Shown piece after piece: positions 11,522 through 22,436 of a stretch of 64,000 nt of DNA (the stretch's first letter is position 1; each line of letters opens with the position of its first letter). The notes under the pieces were generated by a model, which was not told where the DNA came from, did no database searches, and saw nothing but the letters and a program-made list of their open reading frames with translations. The position numbers and the translations under genes are program-made. This DNA comes from an uncultured bacterium. GTDB lineage: Bacteria > Verrucomicrobiota > Verrucomicrobiia > Limisphaerales > UBA8199. Where the stretch lies: the NCBI GenBank assembly GCA_963749495.1, contig CAVVMW010000012.1, positions 256,001 to 320,000 of the forward strand, written 5' to 3'.

Positions 11522-13491
11522 ATGCACACACAGGCTATCCAGATGCAGTGGGTCGATTGGGCCATCGTCGTGTTCACCCTGTTCATCTGCTTCATCCCGG
11601 CCCTGTTTTTCGGCAAACGCGCGGGCAAGAACACGTCCGAGTTCTTCGTCTCCGGCCGTTCGGTGCCCGTGGTGGCTGGCGGGGCTGTCGATGGTGGCCA
11701 CGACCTTCAGCAGCGACACGCCGAACCTGGTGACGGACATCGTGCGGCGGCAGGGGGTGTCGGGCAACTGGTGCTGGTGGGCCTTTACGCTCACGGGCGT
11801 GGCCACGGTCTTCTTCTATGCCCGGCTGTGGCGCCGCTCCGGGGTGATGACCGACCTGGAGTTTTACGAGGTGCGCTATTCGGGCAAGGCGGCCGGGTTC
11901 GTGCGCGGGTTCCGCTCGGTCTATCTGGGCCTGTTCTTCAACTGTTTCATCATGGGCACGGTCCTGCTGGCGGCCTGCAAGATCGCGGCCATCCTCTTCG
12001 GCCTGGAGCGATGGCAGACGCTCCTGTTGTGCGGGGCGCTCAACGTGGTCTTCGCGGCCCATTCCGGCCTCTGGGGCGTGCTGGTCATCGATATGATCCA
12101 GTTTTTCATCAAGATGACGGCGGTGACAGCGGCGGCGTATTTTGCGGTCGAACACATCGGTGGCCTGCACGCGCTGGTGGGGGCGCTTTCCGCCAAGGCA
12201 GGCCCCAACGGCATCAACTACCTGAACATGTTGCCCAGCTTCAAGAGCGCCAACTGGGACACGGCCGTGGCGGTCTTCATCATGCCCATCGCCGTGCAAT
12301 GGTGGGCGGTCTGGTATCCCGGGGCGGAGCCCGGCGGCGGCAGCTACATCGCCCAGCGCATGCTGGCTTCCAAATCGGAAAAGGACTCCCTGGGCGCCGT
12401 GCCTCTTCTTCAACGTGGCCCATTACGTGCTGCGGCCCTGGCCCTGGATACTCGTGGCCCTCTGCTCGCTATTGGTCTTTCCCCAACTCTCCGACATCCA
12501 GGCCGCCTTCCCGCACCTGGACCCGAAATTGCTCGGGCACGACATCGCCTACCCCGCCATGCTCAAGTTCCTGCCGGTGGGCTTCATCGGGCTGATGGTG
12601 GGCGGCCTGATAGCGGCCAACTCCTCGACCATCCTGACGCACCTGAACTGGGGCGCCTCCTACCTGGTGCATGACTGCTACCGCCGGTTCATCCGCCCGG
12701 CCGCCAGCGAGAGGCACTACGTCTGGACCGGCCGCTGTGTGACCCTCGGCCTGTTCGTCTGCGCCGCCGGCATGGTCTATGTCCTGGACACCGCCAAGGA
12801 TGCGTTCGATGTCATCCTGCAGGTGGGCGCGGGCACAGGGTTGCTCTACCTGCTGCGCTGGTTCTGGTGGCGCATCAACGCCTGGTGCGAAGTGGCCGCC
12901 ATGATCAGTTCGTTTCTCACCTCGGCCGGCATTCTGGCCTGCAACAAGCTGCACGCCGCCGCCATGACGACCGCCATCTCCCGCTCGCTCCAGGCGGTCT
13001 ATGCGGACCAACCCGGCCTGCTCAAGGCCAAGACCCAGGAGGCCCTGGCCAACCTGCCCCCGTTCATTGCCACCCACCTGGCGCTCATCATCACCATCCT
13101 CCTGACCACGCTCTGTTGGGTGCTGACCGCCTATTTCGGACCCCAGACGGACCGGCAGACGCTTATCTCCTTTTACAAGAAAATCAGGCCGTTCGGCCCC
13201 GGCTGGCGCCGCATCCGCCTGGCGGCGGGAGTTAGCGACGCCGAGGCGGCCGCCACGCGCGAGAATATCCCGCTGGCCCTGCTGGGCTGGGCGGCGGGCT
13301 GCACGGTGATTTGGTCGGGGCTCTTCACCGTGGGCAACTTTCTCTACGGATGCCTGGATCTGGCCTTGACGCTCCTTGGGGTGTTCATTGTCGGCGCCCT
13401 CGCGCTGCTTTACGTCATGAACCGGCTCTGGACAGCCCCGACCACTGCGGCAGCCGCGGAGCGCCAGAGCATTGAGGACGTCAAGGGGTGA
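11522..13491 (+). CDS. Sodium:solute symporter family transporter, two probable assembly frameshifts (~11666, ~12402)
   Basis: FFVSGRSVP(WW), ATTFSSDTP, YIAQRMLASKSEK, STILTHLNWGASY across ORFs 11522, 11691 and 12415. Confidence 0.85.
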
Positions 13492-13584
13492 TGAAGGTGG
13501 ACCGCTCCACCGACAGTTCTAATCGCACCCCGCGGCAGACGCCGGTAGCCGGTCAGTGAAGGCGGAGACGGACTGCCGGGCCGA

Positions 13585-13830
13585 CCCCTCACCCCGGCCC
13601 TCTCGGTCCACGGTTCGGGGCGTGGGAATTATCGCGCGTCGCGTAGCGGCGCAGTGAAGGTAGCCGTGGACCTCGGTCCACGGTTCAGGGCGTGGGAAAG
13701 GTCACGCGTCGCGTAGCGACGCCTGACAGCGTCGCGGTTTTCAGGCGTCGCTACGCGACGCGGTCGAGCTTGGGCCATGGGTCCGTGGACTGGAAGTCCA
13801 CGGCTACCATCGGGCACCGCTACGCGGTGA
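13585..13830. repeat. REP/REPIN-like palindromic composite (GTAG plus CCGTGGAC..GTCCACGG hairpins)
   Basis: Inverted GTAG-hairpin pair; 13737-13830 is identical over 94 bp to 55580-55673. Confidence 0.85.
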
Positions 13831-13917
13831 GCCGGGGGTAGTGGCGCTCGGACCTTCACTGGGGCCTTACAGACGCCGCCTTGCCAACCTTGCCGGTATG
13901 CGGTTAACTTTCGCCTC

Positions 13918-15120
13918 ATGAGTTGCCGAGTATGTGATTCGACCCGCCTGGAGTTGGCCATCGATTTGGGGCGGCAGCCGTGGTGCAACCATTTCCTGCG
14001 CCGCGAGGAGGTGGGGCTGGAGCCCTTCTACCCGTTGCGGGTCGTCTATTGCCACGATTGCTGCACCGCCCAGCTCGATTTCACGGTCAAGAAGGAGGTC
14101 ATGTTTGGCGACCACACTTATCTTTCGGGCGTCACCCGGTCGCTCAGCGAGCATTTCCGCGGGATCGCCCGCGAGGTGGACGAGCGGTTTTTCAAGGACG
14201 CCCCGGGCAAGGCCGTGCTCGACATCGGCTCGAACGATGGGACGCAGCTCAAGCATTTCCAGGCGCTGGGCTACGAGGCGCTGGGGGTGGAATCGTCCAA
14301 GACCACCGCCCGCATCGCCCAGGAGAGCGGCGTTCCGACGCTCAACCGGTTTTTCAACCTCCAAACGGCGCAGGGCCTGGGCCAGAAATTCCATGCCATC
14401 AACGCCGCCGGGGTCTTCTTCCACCTGGAGGAGCTCCACTCGGTCGCCGAGGGCATCCGCGAGGTGCTGCGGGACGACGGCGTCTTCGTCGTGCAGTTCC
14501 TTTACATGAAGCGCATCGTGGAAAACCTCGCCTTCGACCAAATCTACCACGAGCACTTGCTCTACTACACCCTGGAGACGATCCAGCGGCTGCTCGGCCG
14601 GCACGGTCTGGCGCTCTTCGACGCCTACCTGGCCCCGATTCACGGCGGCTCGATGATCGCCTTCGCCACACATCAGCGCCGCGGCGTGCCGCCCTCGGAC
14701 CGCCTGCGCGCGCTCCTGCGGGCTGAGGCGGCGGAGCACAGCAACGACTTCGCCACTTATCTGGACTTCGCCCGGCGCATCGAACAGATGAAGGCCGAGA
14801 ACCTCGCCTGGCTCGACCGCGCCAAGGCCGCCGGCAAACGCGTCTTCGGCATGGGCGCCCCGGTCAAGGGCAACACCCTCCTCAATTACTTCAAGATCGG
14901 CACCCAATACCTGGACTGCCTGGTCGAGAAGAACGAGCTGCGCCGCGGCCTCTACTCGCCCGGCATGCACATCCCGGTGGTCATCGAAAAGGAGCTGGCC
15001 CAACTCCCGGACCTCTATTATGTGCTGGCCTGGAATTTCAAAAAGGAGATCCTTGCCAACAACCGGCAATTGATTGATCGGGGGATCGAGTTTTTCTTTC
15101 CAGTCAACCCGAAGGATTGA
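13918..15120 (+). CDS. NDP-hexose C-methyltransferase family (Zn-binding N-terminus, SAM domain, C-methyltransferase C-terminus)
   Basis: CRVC...CHDC, VLDIGSNDG, FDQIYHEH, IHGGS, GAPVKGNTLL, LAWNFKKEI. Confidence 0.9.
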   Translation: MSCRVCDSTRLELAIDLGRQPWCNHFLRREEVGLEPFYPLRVVYCHDCCTAQLDFTVKKEVMFGDHTYLSGVTRSLSEHFRGIAREVDERFFKDAPGKAVLDIGSNDGTQLKHFQALGYEALGVESSKTTARIAQESGVPTLNRFFNLQTAQGLGQKFHAINAAGVFFHLEELHSVAEGIREVLRDDGVFVVQFLYMKRIVENLAFDQIYHEHLLYYTLETIQRLLGRHGLALFDAYLAPIHGGSMIAFATHQRRGVPPSDRLRALLRAEAAEHSNDFATYLDFARRIEQMKAENLAWLDRAKAAGKRVFGMGAPVKGNTLLNYFKIGTQYLDCLVEKNELRRGLYSPGMHIPVVIEKELAQLPDLYYVLAWNFKKEILANNRQLIDRGIEFFFPVNPKD

Positions 15121-15132
15121 GGGGACTGCCAG

Positions 15133-16073
15133 ATGAAGATCATCGTCACGGGCGCCAGCGGTTTCCTGGGGACCGCTCTATGCGCGAGGCTCGAGGGGAC
15201 GGCCACCAGGTCGTGCGGCTCAACTCGAAGAATTGCGACCTCACGCGGCCCGAATCGCTGGAGGCCTTCAGCGGCACGGCCTATGACCGGATCTATCACC
15301 TGGCGGCCTGGACCCAGGCGGGGGACTTCTGCCTGGCCCACCCGGGCGAGCAATGGCTCATCAACCAGCGGCTCAACACCCACGTGCTGGCCTGGTGGCA
15401 GCAGCGCCAGCCCCAGGCCAAACTCGTTGCCATGGGCACCAGTTGCGCCTACGCCCCGGAGGCGGAACTGGCCGAGGAGAACTACATGACCGGCCTGCCG
15501 ATCGAGAGCCTCTTCACCTACGCCATGACCAAGCGCATGCTCTACGCCGGCCTGCTCGCCCTCCACAAGCAATTCGGCCTCAAGTACCTCTGCCTGGTCC
15601 CCTCGACCCTCTACGGCCCGGGCTATCACGCGGACGGCCGCCAGATGCACTTCATCTTCGATCTCATCCGCAAAATCCTCCGCGGCAAATTGCACGGCGA
15701 GCCGGTCGTCCTCTGGGGCGACGGCCACCAGACCCGCGAACTGGTGTACGTCGAGGATTTCGTGCGCATCGCCCTGGACCTGGACCGGTTGCGCGAGAAT
15801 GACCTGGTCAACATCGGGGCCGGCGTCGAGTTCAGCATCCGGCACTTTGCCTGGCTCATCTGCGAGCAGGTGGGCTACGATTTCAAGGCCATCCGGTTCG
15901 ACACCGCGCGCTACGTCGGAGCGCGCTCGAAATGCCTCTCCATCCGCAAGCTGCGCCAATTGCTCCCCGACGTCCGGTTTACGCCCCTGGAAACCGGCCT
16001 GGCCCGCACCATCAACTGGTTCCAGACCGCCGGCCGCACCCTCCTGGCCAAGGCGCCGGGCTCCAACGCGTGA
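15133..16073 (+). CDS. NAD-dependent epimerase/dehydratase, GDP-L-fucose synthase-like; frameshift ~15195
   Basis: MKIIVTGASGFLG in one frame, continuing HLAA, GTSCAY, YAMTK, LYGP, WGDGHQTRE in the next. Confidence 0.85.
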
Positions 16074-16202
16074 CCCAAAACCTCGCCTGAGCCAATCCGA
16101 ATGCGCGACGCCAGGCAGCAGCATCAACCCTCTTCAGCTTCCATGCCAATCGAGAAAACCTGGAACGGAATGCGCGCAATACCCGGCAAAGGCCTCTTCT
16201 CA

Positions 16203-16299
16203 ATGATTCTGCCAACAATGATTTTGCCGTCCTTCCGTGCCTTCGTCCCAAAATCATTTGCTTTCCGGAAGGAGGCAAAATCATTTCTGGCAGAATCAT
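16203..16299. repeat. Intergenic inverted repeat built from ATGATT(C/T)TGCC units
   Basis: atgattctgccaacaatgattttgcc / ggcaaaatcatttctggcagaatcat; same units recur in tandem at ~49995-50047. Confidence 0.75.
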
Positions 16300-16469
16300 G
16301 AAAAAATCCTCTTCTGTGTATTCCGTGTGTTCCGTTCTCAAGAAACGCTCAGGCGACGATTCAGGCGTGAGGACAGAGCTTGCCGCGTTGGCGCACCTGC
16401 GGTACAAACACGCCGTTCAATCCGATGAAACTTCCGGGGCGGGCGGTGGGTATTATTGAGGGTCGAACT

Positions 16470-17294
16470 ATGAACACGAAGCACAAGAAGACCATGACAC
16501 TCAATTTGGCGCTGCTGAGCGCGGGTTTGGCGGCGGGGCTGTTGAGCGCGGGGTGCGTGCCCGGCGCGGCCTCGGCCCGGGCCCAATTCAAGGAGGAGGT
16601 GCATCAGACCTACCGGCTGGCGGCGGACGGCCGGCTGAGCCTGGCCAACGTCAACGGCAGCATCCGTCTGAGCGTCTGGGACCGGCCGGAGGTCCAGCTC
16701 GAGGCCGTCAAGCGCGCGAGCCGGGAGCAAGACCTGGCCGGCATCAAGATCCTTGTCGACTCCAAGCCCGACTCCCTGACGATCCGGACCAAGTCCCCCG
16801 AATCGTGGGGTTGGTGGGGTTGGAGGCGGCGCTGCTCAGTGGATTATACCCTGACGGTGCCTGCACTGGTGCGCTTGGAGGACGTTTCGTCGGTCAACGG
16901 CCTGATCGGAATCGACGGCGCCCGCGGCCCGCTCAAGGCCTCGACAGTGAACGGGACCCTCTCGGCGGAGGGCCTCGCGGGCAACGCCTCCCTCTCCAGC
17001 GTCAACGGCGTGGTCCACGCCGGCTTCGTGAGCCTGGAGAAGGTCAAGTCCATCTCCGCCTCCACGGTCAACGGCGCGTGCGAGTTGAACCTGCCGGCGG
17101 GGGCCAATGCCGACGTGTCGGCCAGCACCGTCAACGGCCGCATCACCGGCGATGTCCCGGTCAAGAAGAACTGGCCGGTGGGCTGCGAGGTCAAGGCGCG
17201 GTTGGGCCAGGGCGGGACGAAGGTCCACCTCAGCACCGTCAATGGCGGCGTGCGAATTCATCTCGTGAAACCCGAAGCCGAGAAGGCGCCATGA
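16470..17294 (+). CDS. DUF4097 beta-strand repeat lipoprotein
   Basis: Lipobox LSAGC; repeated STVNG motifs. Confidence 0.85.
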   Translation: MNTKHKKTMTLNLALLSAGLAAGLLSAGCVPGAASARAQFKEEVHQTYRLAADGRLSLANVNGSIRLSVWDRPEVQLEAVKRASREQDLAGIKILVDSKPDSLTIRTKSPESWGWWGWRRRCSVDYTLTVPALVRLEDVSSVNGLIGIDGARGPLKASTVNGTLSAEGLAGNASLSSVNGVVHAGFVSLEKVKSISASTVNGACELNLPAGANADVSASTVNGRITGDVPVKKNWPVGCEVKARLGQGGTKVHLSTVNGGVRIHLVKPEAEKAP

Positions 17295-18481
17295 AGAGGC
17301 GCCGCCGGCTTCTGGTTCCGGCTGCAGTCATCGTCGTCCTGGCCCTCGGGATTGGCGCCGCCACCCTCGCCTTTCAAAAACCCAAGCCGATCCCGGCGGA
17401 GAAGCTCGTCACCGCCGAGCGGGGAGACGTGGCCCGGTCGGTGGTGGCGCGGGGGAAGATCGAGGCGTTGTCGAAGGTTGACATCAAGTCCAAGGCCAAC
17501 GGGATCATCAAGGCGCTTCTGGTTGACGTGGGCGACGTGGTCAAGGAAGGGCAGGTGCTCTGCGAGTTGGACAAGGAGGACCTCCAGGCGCAGGTGCGCG
17601 AGGCGCGGGCAACCCGGGACGCCGAAGAGGCCAACCTGCACGCGGCCATCGCCGTCGAGGCCCGGGCGCGCATCGAGGCCGCCAACCCCGAACTCGAATT
17701 CACCCGGCGCGACCAGGAGCGGGCGCGGGACTTGTTCAAAGAGAAGATCGCCTCCCAACAGCAGTTGGATGACGCCACCCGCGCCTACGAGGTTGCCCGG
17801 AACCGCCAGGAGTTGCTCGAGGCGGCCGTGCAGACCGCCGGGGCGCAGGTCGAGCAGGCCCGCGCCCGCGTGGCGGCCGCAGAAGCCGCGCTGGATCGGG
17901 CCGAGGAAAACCTGGGCTACGCGACCATCCACGCCCCCATCAGCGGCCTGGTGCTCACGCGCGACACGGAGGTGGGCGACGCGGTCTCCTCAATCCTGAA
18001 CCTGGGCAGCGCGGCCACGCTCATCATGACCCTGGGCGACACGAGCACCGTCTATATCAAGGGCGAGGTCGATGAGGCGGACATCGGCAAGGCCGAGTGC
18101 GGCCAACATGTCCGCACCCGGGTCGAGTCCTTTCCCAACGAGTCGTTCGAGGGGGTGGTCAAGCGCATCGCCCCGATGGGCAAGGAGCTGAACAACGTGA
18201 CCACCTTCGAGGTGCGCGTTTCGATCTCCAATCCCCAGGGCAAGCTGCGCGTCAAAATGACCGCCAATGCCGAAATCGTCCTCGAAGAACACAAGAATGC
18301 GCTCCTGGTTTCCGAGGCCGCCCTGGTGTATGACAAGGACAAGAGGGCCTCGGTGCAGCTCCTCGATCCGGCGTCCAGGACCGGCTGGCGCAAGAGGCCG
18401 CTCCAGATCGGCATTTCCAACGGCCAGCGCACCGAGGTCTTGGCCGGGCTCAAGGAGGCCGACAAGCTGGTCCTGCCATGA
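17291..18481 (+). CDS. Efflux RND/MacA-type periplasmic adaptor
   Basis: VDVGDVVKEGQVL, coiled coil, IHAPISG, VDEADIG; ATGA overlap. Confidence 0.9.
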   Translation: MKRRRRLLVPAAVIVVLALGIGAATLAFQKPKPIPAEKLVTAERGDVARSVVARGKIEALSKVDIKSKANGIIKALLVDVGDVVKEGQVLCELDKEDLQAQVREARATRDAEEANLHAAIAVEARARIEAANPELEFTRRDQERARDLFKEKIASQQQLDDATRAYEVARNRQELLEAAVQTAGAQVEQARARVAAAEAALDRAEENLGYATIHAPISGLVLTRDTEVGDAVSSILNLGSAATLIMTLGDTSTVYIKGEVDEADIGKAECGQHVRTRVESFPNESFEGVVKRIAPMGKELNNVTTFEVRVSISNPQGKLRVKMTANAEIVLEEHKNALLVSEAALVYDKDKRASVQLLDPASRTGWRKRPLQIGISNGQRTEVLAGLKEADKLVLP

Positions 18482-19731
18482 CCTTTGCCGGCGAGATCTT
18501 CGTTCAGACCCTGCGCAACATCTGGGCGCACAAGCTGCGCAGCGTGCTGACGATGTTCGGGATCTCCTGGGGCGTCGCCTCGATTGTCTTCATGATCGCC
18601 ATTGGCGAGGGTTTCAAGCACGGCTACAACAAAATGCTCTCCGCGATGGGGACTGACCTCGTGATCCTGTGGGGGGGACGCACCCGGTTGCAGGCCGGGG
18701 GCCAGCGCGCCGGACGCGACATCCGCTTCGCGTATGAGGATGTCGAGGCCATCCGGCAGGAATGCTACCTGGTCCGGCACGTGGCGGCGGAGCTGGAGAG
18801 TTCTCTGCCGGTCCGCAGCCGGTTTAACTCGGGGACGTTCTCCACGCACGGCATCTCTCCCATCTACCAGGAAATCCGCTCGATGAACCTGGCCGCCGGG
18901 CGCCACATCTCGGAGACGGACATGCGCGAGGCACAGCCGGTCTGCGTGCTGGGCGACGATGTGAGGCGGCAGCTCTTTGCCGACCGCTCGGCGGTCGGAG
19001 CCCAAGTCTATATCCGGGACGTGCCGTTCACCGTCATTGCGGAACTCTCCAAGAAAGACCAGAACAATTCCTATAATGGGCTGGACGGGGACAAGGTCCT
19101 CATCCCGTACTCGGCCATGGCCAGGCACTTTCCCGACCCGCGCCCGTTCATCGGGCCTGGGCGGGTCGAAAACATCCTGTTCGCCCCCGCGCGGGCGGAG
19201 GACCATCTCCAGGCCGTGCGGCAGGTCAAGCGGGTGCTGGGCAGGCGGCATGGGTTCGACCCTGCGGACGAGGGGGCGATCTGGTGCTGGGACACCGTGC
19301 AGATGGCGCAAATGGTGAGCCACATCTACGATTCGATGGAGCTGTTCCTGAGCTTCATGGCCTTGGTGACCCTCGCGCTGGGGGGCCTGGGCGTGATGAA
19401 TATCATGCTGGTCTCGGTGGCCGAGCGGACGCGGGAGATTGGGGTCAAACAGGCGGTGGGCGCCACGCCGGGGAGGATACTGCTGGAGTTCTTCGTCGAG
19501 GCGATAGCTTTGACAATGTTGAGCGGTCTGGCGGGCCTGGCGGCGGCCTGGGGCATCTGCTCGGGGGTCAATCGCCTGCCGCTGCCTCCCTTGTTCTCCG
19601 GGCTGCCGGTCACGCCCGGCACCGCCATGGTGGCCTTTGGGACGCTGGTGCTGGTGGGGGTTTTGTCCGCCATTTACCCGGCCCGGCGGGCCTCGCGCCT
19701 GGCCCCGGTGGAGGCGCTCAGGTACGAATGA
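18478..19731 (+). CDS. MacB/FtsX-type ABC permease
   Basis: RSVLTMFGISWG, GVMNIMLVSVAERTREIG, PVEALRYE. Confidence 0.9.
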   Translation: MTFAGEIFVQTLRNIWAHKLRSVLTMFGISWGVASIVFMIAIGEGFKHGYNKMLSAMGTDLVILWGGRTRLQAGGQRAGRDIRFAYEDVEAIRQECYLVRHVAAELESSLPVRSRFNSGTFSTHGISPIYQEIRSMNLAAGRHISETDMREAQPVCVLGDDVRRQLFADRSAVGAQVYIRDVPFTVIAELSKKDQNNSYNGLDGDKVLIPYSAMARHFPDPRPFIGPGRVENILFAPARAEDHLQAVRQVKRVLGRRHGFDPADEGAIWCWDTVQMAQMVSHIYDSMELFLSFMALVTLALGGLGVMNIMLVSVAERTREIGVKQAVGATPGRILLEFFVEAIALTMLSGLAGLAAAWGICSGVNRLPLPPLFSGLPVTPGTAMVAFGTLVLVGVLSAIYPARRASRLAPVEALRYE

Positions 19732-21035
19732 CCCGGGAAACGCCAGTTCAACCACGGATGAACACGACTGCCGCACTCAGAATGCTCGGCTATATCCTTC
19801 GCGAGGCCCTCGGGGCGTTGGCGCACTACCGGCTGCGGTCCGTGCTGACGATGCTGAGCATCGTCTGGGGCGTCGCCTCGATGGTGTTGCTGCTGGCCTA
19901 CGGACAGGGATTCGAGCGGGCGCTGACGAGGGCCTTCCTGCAAATCGGGAAAGACCTGGTGGTGGTGTTTCCGGGGCAGACCAGCGTGCAGGCGGGCGGG
20001 GAGCGCTCCGGGCGGTATATCCTCCTGGAGTTGAGCGATGTCAAAGCCATCCAGGAGGGAGTGCCTACGGTCGAGGCGATCTCGCCGGAGGTCCGGCGCT
20101 TTTGTTCTTTCGTCTTCAACGACCGGACGCGCAACTACTCGGTCAGCGGCGTGTATGCCTCCTACCAGCGCATTCGGGAGGCCCAAGTCGCGGCCGGGAG
20201 ATTTGTCACGGAAGAAGACGTGCTGCGCCGGCGGCGGGTGGTGGTCATCGGGGAAACGCTCCGCAAGGAACTCTTTAGCGGCCTGCCCGCACTCGGCAGC
20301 GAGATCAAGATCAACGGCGTGCGCTTCACCGTGGTTGGCGTGCTGCGCAAGAAAACTCAGGTCACCAACTACTCCGCGCCGGACGACATGACGGCGTTTG
20401 TCCCCTTGAGCACCTTGTCGGGCCTGGCGGACATCCGCTACCTGAACGACATCGTGCTGCTGCCGGCCAGCAACCAGTTCCGCGACCGGATTGTGACGGA
20501 CGTGCGCACCGCCCTGGCCCGCGCCCACAACTTCAACGTCACCGACACCCGCGCCGTCAACATCATCGAGTGGAACAAATTCCTCGCCCTCATCACCAAC
20601 GTCAGCCTCGGGCTCAAGCTCCTGCTCACAATTATCGGGACCTTTACCTTGAGCATCGGCGCCGTGGGCGTGGTCAACATCATGCTGGTCTCCGTGACCG
20701 AACGGACGCGCGAGATCGGCGTGCTCAAGGCCCTGGGCGCCCGGCGCCGGCACATCCTCTTGCAGATCCTCCTCGAGGGGCTCGTGCTGACGCTCACCGG
20801 CGGCCTGCTCGGCTTCCTGCTGGCCGCCGGCCTGGTCAAGCTGATCGGCTCATTGCCCTTCCTGGGAGCGCTCTTCGACGACACCTCCGGCCAGGGAGAC
20901 ATCTACCTTGTGGTCTCGCTTTCCGCCCTGGTCATTTCGAGCTCGATCCTCACTATCGTCGGCCTGATTGCCGGCATGATCCCCGCCATTCGGGCCGCCC
21001 GCCTCGACCCAGTCCAGGCGATCCGCAGTGAGTAG
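19728..21035 (+). CDS. MacB/FtsX-type ABC permease, second paralog
   Basis: RSVLTMLSIVWG, NIMLVSVTERTREIG, DPVQAIRSE; start could be slightly downstream. Confidence 0.9.
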   Translation: MTRETPVQPRMNTTAALRMLGYILREALGALAHYRLRSVLTMLSIVWGVASMVLLLAYGQGFERALTRAFLQIGKDLVVVFPGQTSVQAGGERSGRYILLELSDVKAIQEGVPTVEAISPEVRRFCSFVFNDRTRNYSVSGVYASYQRIREAQVAAGRFVTEEDVLRRRRVVVIGETLRKELFSGLPALGSEIKINGVRFTVVGVLRKKTQVTNYSAPDDMTAFVPLSTLSGLADIRYLNDIVLLPASNQFRDRIVTDVRTALARAHNFNVTDTRAVNIIEWNKFLALITNVSLGLKLLLTIIGTFTLSIGAVGVVNIMLVSVTERTREIGVLKALGARRRHILLQILLEGLVLTLTGGLLGFLLAAGLVKLIGSLPFLGALFDDTSGQGDIYLVVSLSALVISSSILTIVGLIAGMIPAIRAARLDPVQAIRSE

Positions 21036-21105
21036 AATCAGTCCACAGTCCACAGTCTGTCCTTTTCGTCCCTGGGCCCTCGGTACACAAGCATGCGGAC
21101 CTATT

Positions 21106-21194
21106 ATTCGTCATTCGTCATTCGTCATTCGTCATTCGTCATTCCAGACTCCGCACTCCGCATTCCGCACTCCGCATTCGGTCCATTCGTCATT
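21106..21194. repeat. Heptamer tandem repeats (TTCGTCA)n and (TCCGCA(C/T))n
   Basis: Reverse complement of the heptamers at 46541-46712 and 49774-49962. Confidence 0.85.
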
Positions 21195-21252
21195 GCACCG
21201 TCCCTCCGCCGCCGCCTATCCTTGGCCGCCTGAAAATCCAAATCATTCCGCC

Positions 21253-22107
21253 ATGACCAAAGCCTTGCAAGTCTCCTGTGTGCAGTTGCACTGGGCCAAG
21301 TCGCTCGAGCGCAATCTCGAACGCACCCGCCATTACATTCGGCTCGCCGCCGCCGAGGGGAGCCGGGTGGTGCTCTTTCCCGAAACCAGCCTGACCGGCT
21401 ACCATTTCCCGGACGTGTTCAATCTCGCCCCGGGCGCCGTCGAGGACGCCCTGGCGCAGACCTGCCAGGCGGCCCGGGAGGCCGGCATCTGGGCCATCGT
21501 CGGGAGCTTGCGCAAGACCGCCGATCGCTATCTGAACCTCGCCCACGTCATCTCTCCGGCCGGGGCGATTGTACACCAGTACGCGAAGGTCCACATGGCG
21601 GGCCTCCAGGAGCAGCGGTATTGCCGCGGCGGCAACAAGCTCTCGCTCTTCGAGATCGACGGCGTGCTCTGCACCCTGGTGATTTGCCGGGATGGGCGGC
21701 ACCCGGAGACCTACCGCATTCCCGCGATGGCCGGCGCCCAGGTCCTGTTTCATCCCTCGTGCAGCTCGGATGAGATCGAGGCCGTCATCTGGAAACGCAC
21801 CTCCGGCCGCGCCCAGCAGCCGGCAGGCCCCAACAGCCGGATCTTTCACTGCGTGGCCAACACGGTCGGCCAGCCCCCCGACGGCAAACAGACCTCCAGC
21901 GGGATGTCCTTCGTCCGCGAGCCCAACGGCATGCCCTTGGCCGAGGCGGGCTATTACCAGGAGGAGATGATCACCGCCGTCCTGGACCTCGGGCGGGCGG
22001 ACCGCAAGTACGTCCTGGACAGCCTGAAAGACCCCCCCTTCCTGCGCGGCTATTGGGAGAAGATGATCGAGGACGTTAAGCAGCGCGCGAATATGAAGCC
22101 AGAGTGA
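21253..22107 (+). CDS. Carbon-nitrogen hydrolase (nitrilase superfamily)
   Basis: Catalytic triad motifs LFPE, YAKVH, ICRD. Confidence 0.9.
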   Translation: MTKALQVSCVQLHWAKSLERNLERTRHYIRLAAAEGSRVVLFPETSLTGYHFPDVFNLAPGAVEDALAQTCQAAREAGIWAIVGSLRKTADRYLNLAHVISPAGAIVHQYAKVHMAGLQEQRYCRGGNKLSLFEIDGVLCTLVICRDGRHPETYRIPAMAGAQVLFHPSCSSDEIEAVIWKRTSGRAQQPAGPNSRIFHCVANTVGQPPDGKQTSSGMSFVREPNGMPLAEAGYYQEEMITAVLDLGRADRKYVLDSLKDPPFLRGYWEKMIEDVKQRANMKPE

Positions 22108-22128
22108 GCCCTGCTGATCCGTTGTCGC

Positions 22129-22320
22129 TCACCCTGCAGCGCCCAACTCCCTTTCGAGCATCGCGAGGAAAGCCTGCTGCCAACGCTGCTTTTGTCGCGC
22201 AACGGACTCCCGCGGGTCGAGCCGCTTCTCCAGACAGAGCCCCGACTGCGGTTCACTCAAGCGCAGAATGCGCCCGCCGTCCGCCAGCTTGAGCAAGAGC
22301 AATTCGATTTCCCGTTTCAT
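22129..22320 (-). CDS. Small hypothetical protein (63 aa)
   Basis: Protein-like composition; TAATCT -10 element 6 nt upstream of ATG. Confidence 0.55.
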   Translation of the reverse strand: MKREIELLLLKLADGGRILRLSEPQSGLCLEKRLDPRESVARQKQRWQQAFLAMLERELGAAG

Positions 22321-22436
22321 GGGGCCAGATTACGCCTAAAACCCGAACTCTTCCAGCATTTGCACCATTTGACCTGTGACAAGGCGCGACGAGGGAGCAT
22401 GTCCCCCATGGAGCTGTGAGCCTTTCCCTGGCCGCC

